DNA of 64,000 nucleotides. It comes from Bilabrum cf. latius (lineage: Eukaryota). The translations under genes and the position numbers were made by a program. This document shows, in pieces, positions 63,662 to 64,000 of this stretch (position 1 is the stretch's first letter; each line of letters starts with the position of its first letter). Location of the stretch: the NCBI GenBank assembly GCA_965178125.1, contig OZ237735.1:2046001-2110000 (forward strand). Direction: 5' to 3'. The notes under the pieces were generated by a model that had not been told where the DNA came from, did no database searches, and saw nothing but the letters and a program-made list of their open reading frames with translations.

Positions 63662-64000
63662 GAACTAATTTGAATACTCTGCGTGTAGTAATTGATCGTG
63701 TCGCTCTTCGAGTATGAAAACAGGCAAAATGTACGAAGCAGCACACAACTGGACTGCCCAACGGAAGCATCTGATAGTCCGACGAAACTAATCGTTTCTA
63801 CACGACAGACAAGTTATCCATGCACCCAGCCATTCGAGAAGTTGCAGTTGGCACGCCACAGCGGAACCACTGCCAGTGGCCTGGTGACTGTGTCCGCGGC
63901 GCCTTTCCAGGAGTTGCCCGTTCCAACATCAGCATCATTGCTAAGCTTGCCGCACCAGGATGGCCTCCATCGAATCAGTTATCATAAAGCCAGTGCAAGA

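Noticed and set aside
2-64000. Recoded phage or bacterial origin (TAG=Gln phages)
   Set aside because: TALE homeobox, saposin, eukaryote-type LRR protein and a GT-AG intron indicate eukaryotic nuclear DNA; no phage hallmark genes seen.

Overview
GC-rich, gene-dense, intron-poor eukaryotic nuclear DNA, probably from a protist (stramenopile-like by inference). The main observation is a non-standard genetic code. The fragmented ORF track is an artefact of reading TAG as stop: I count 57 in-frame TAG codons inside 7 genes, no in-frame TAA or TGA inside any of them, and all six genes that end in the window end in TGA. Where the context is diagnostic, TAG sits where Gln is expected (EV*RIT, PGAP*NV, GDV*VTR, V*ATGVAPTDD, ERY*SS). 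With UAG=Gln, the ~36 minus-strand fragments in 1-49.7 kb join into one frame of at least 16,576 aa that runs off the left edge. It has a spliced signal-peptide exon and is built from FN3, filamin, PA14, an 'EVQ' repeat and a phage-tail-fibre-like module, with nested domain insertions. The right 14 kb holds a low-complexity protein, an LRR protein, a secreted saposin-like protein, an EHD/dynamin-like NTPase with a predicted membrane hairpin, AMMECR1 and a TALE homeodomain protein. All domain calls are from motif recognition by eye; no searches were run.
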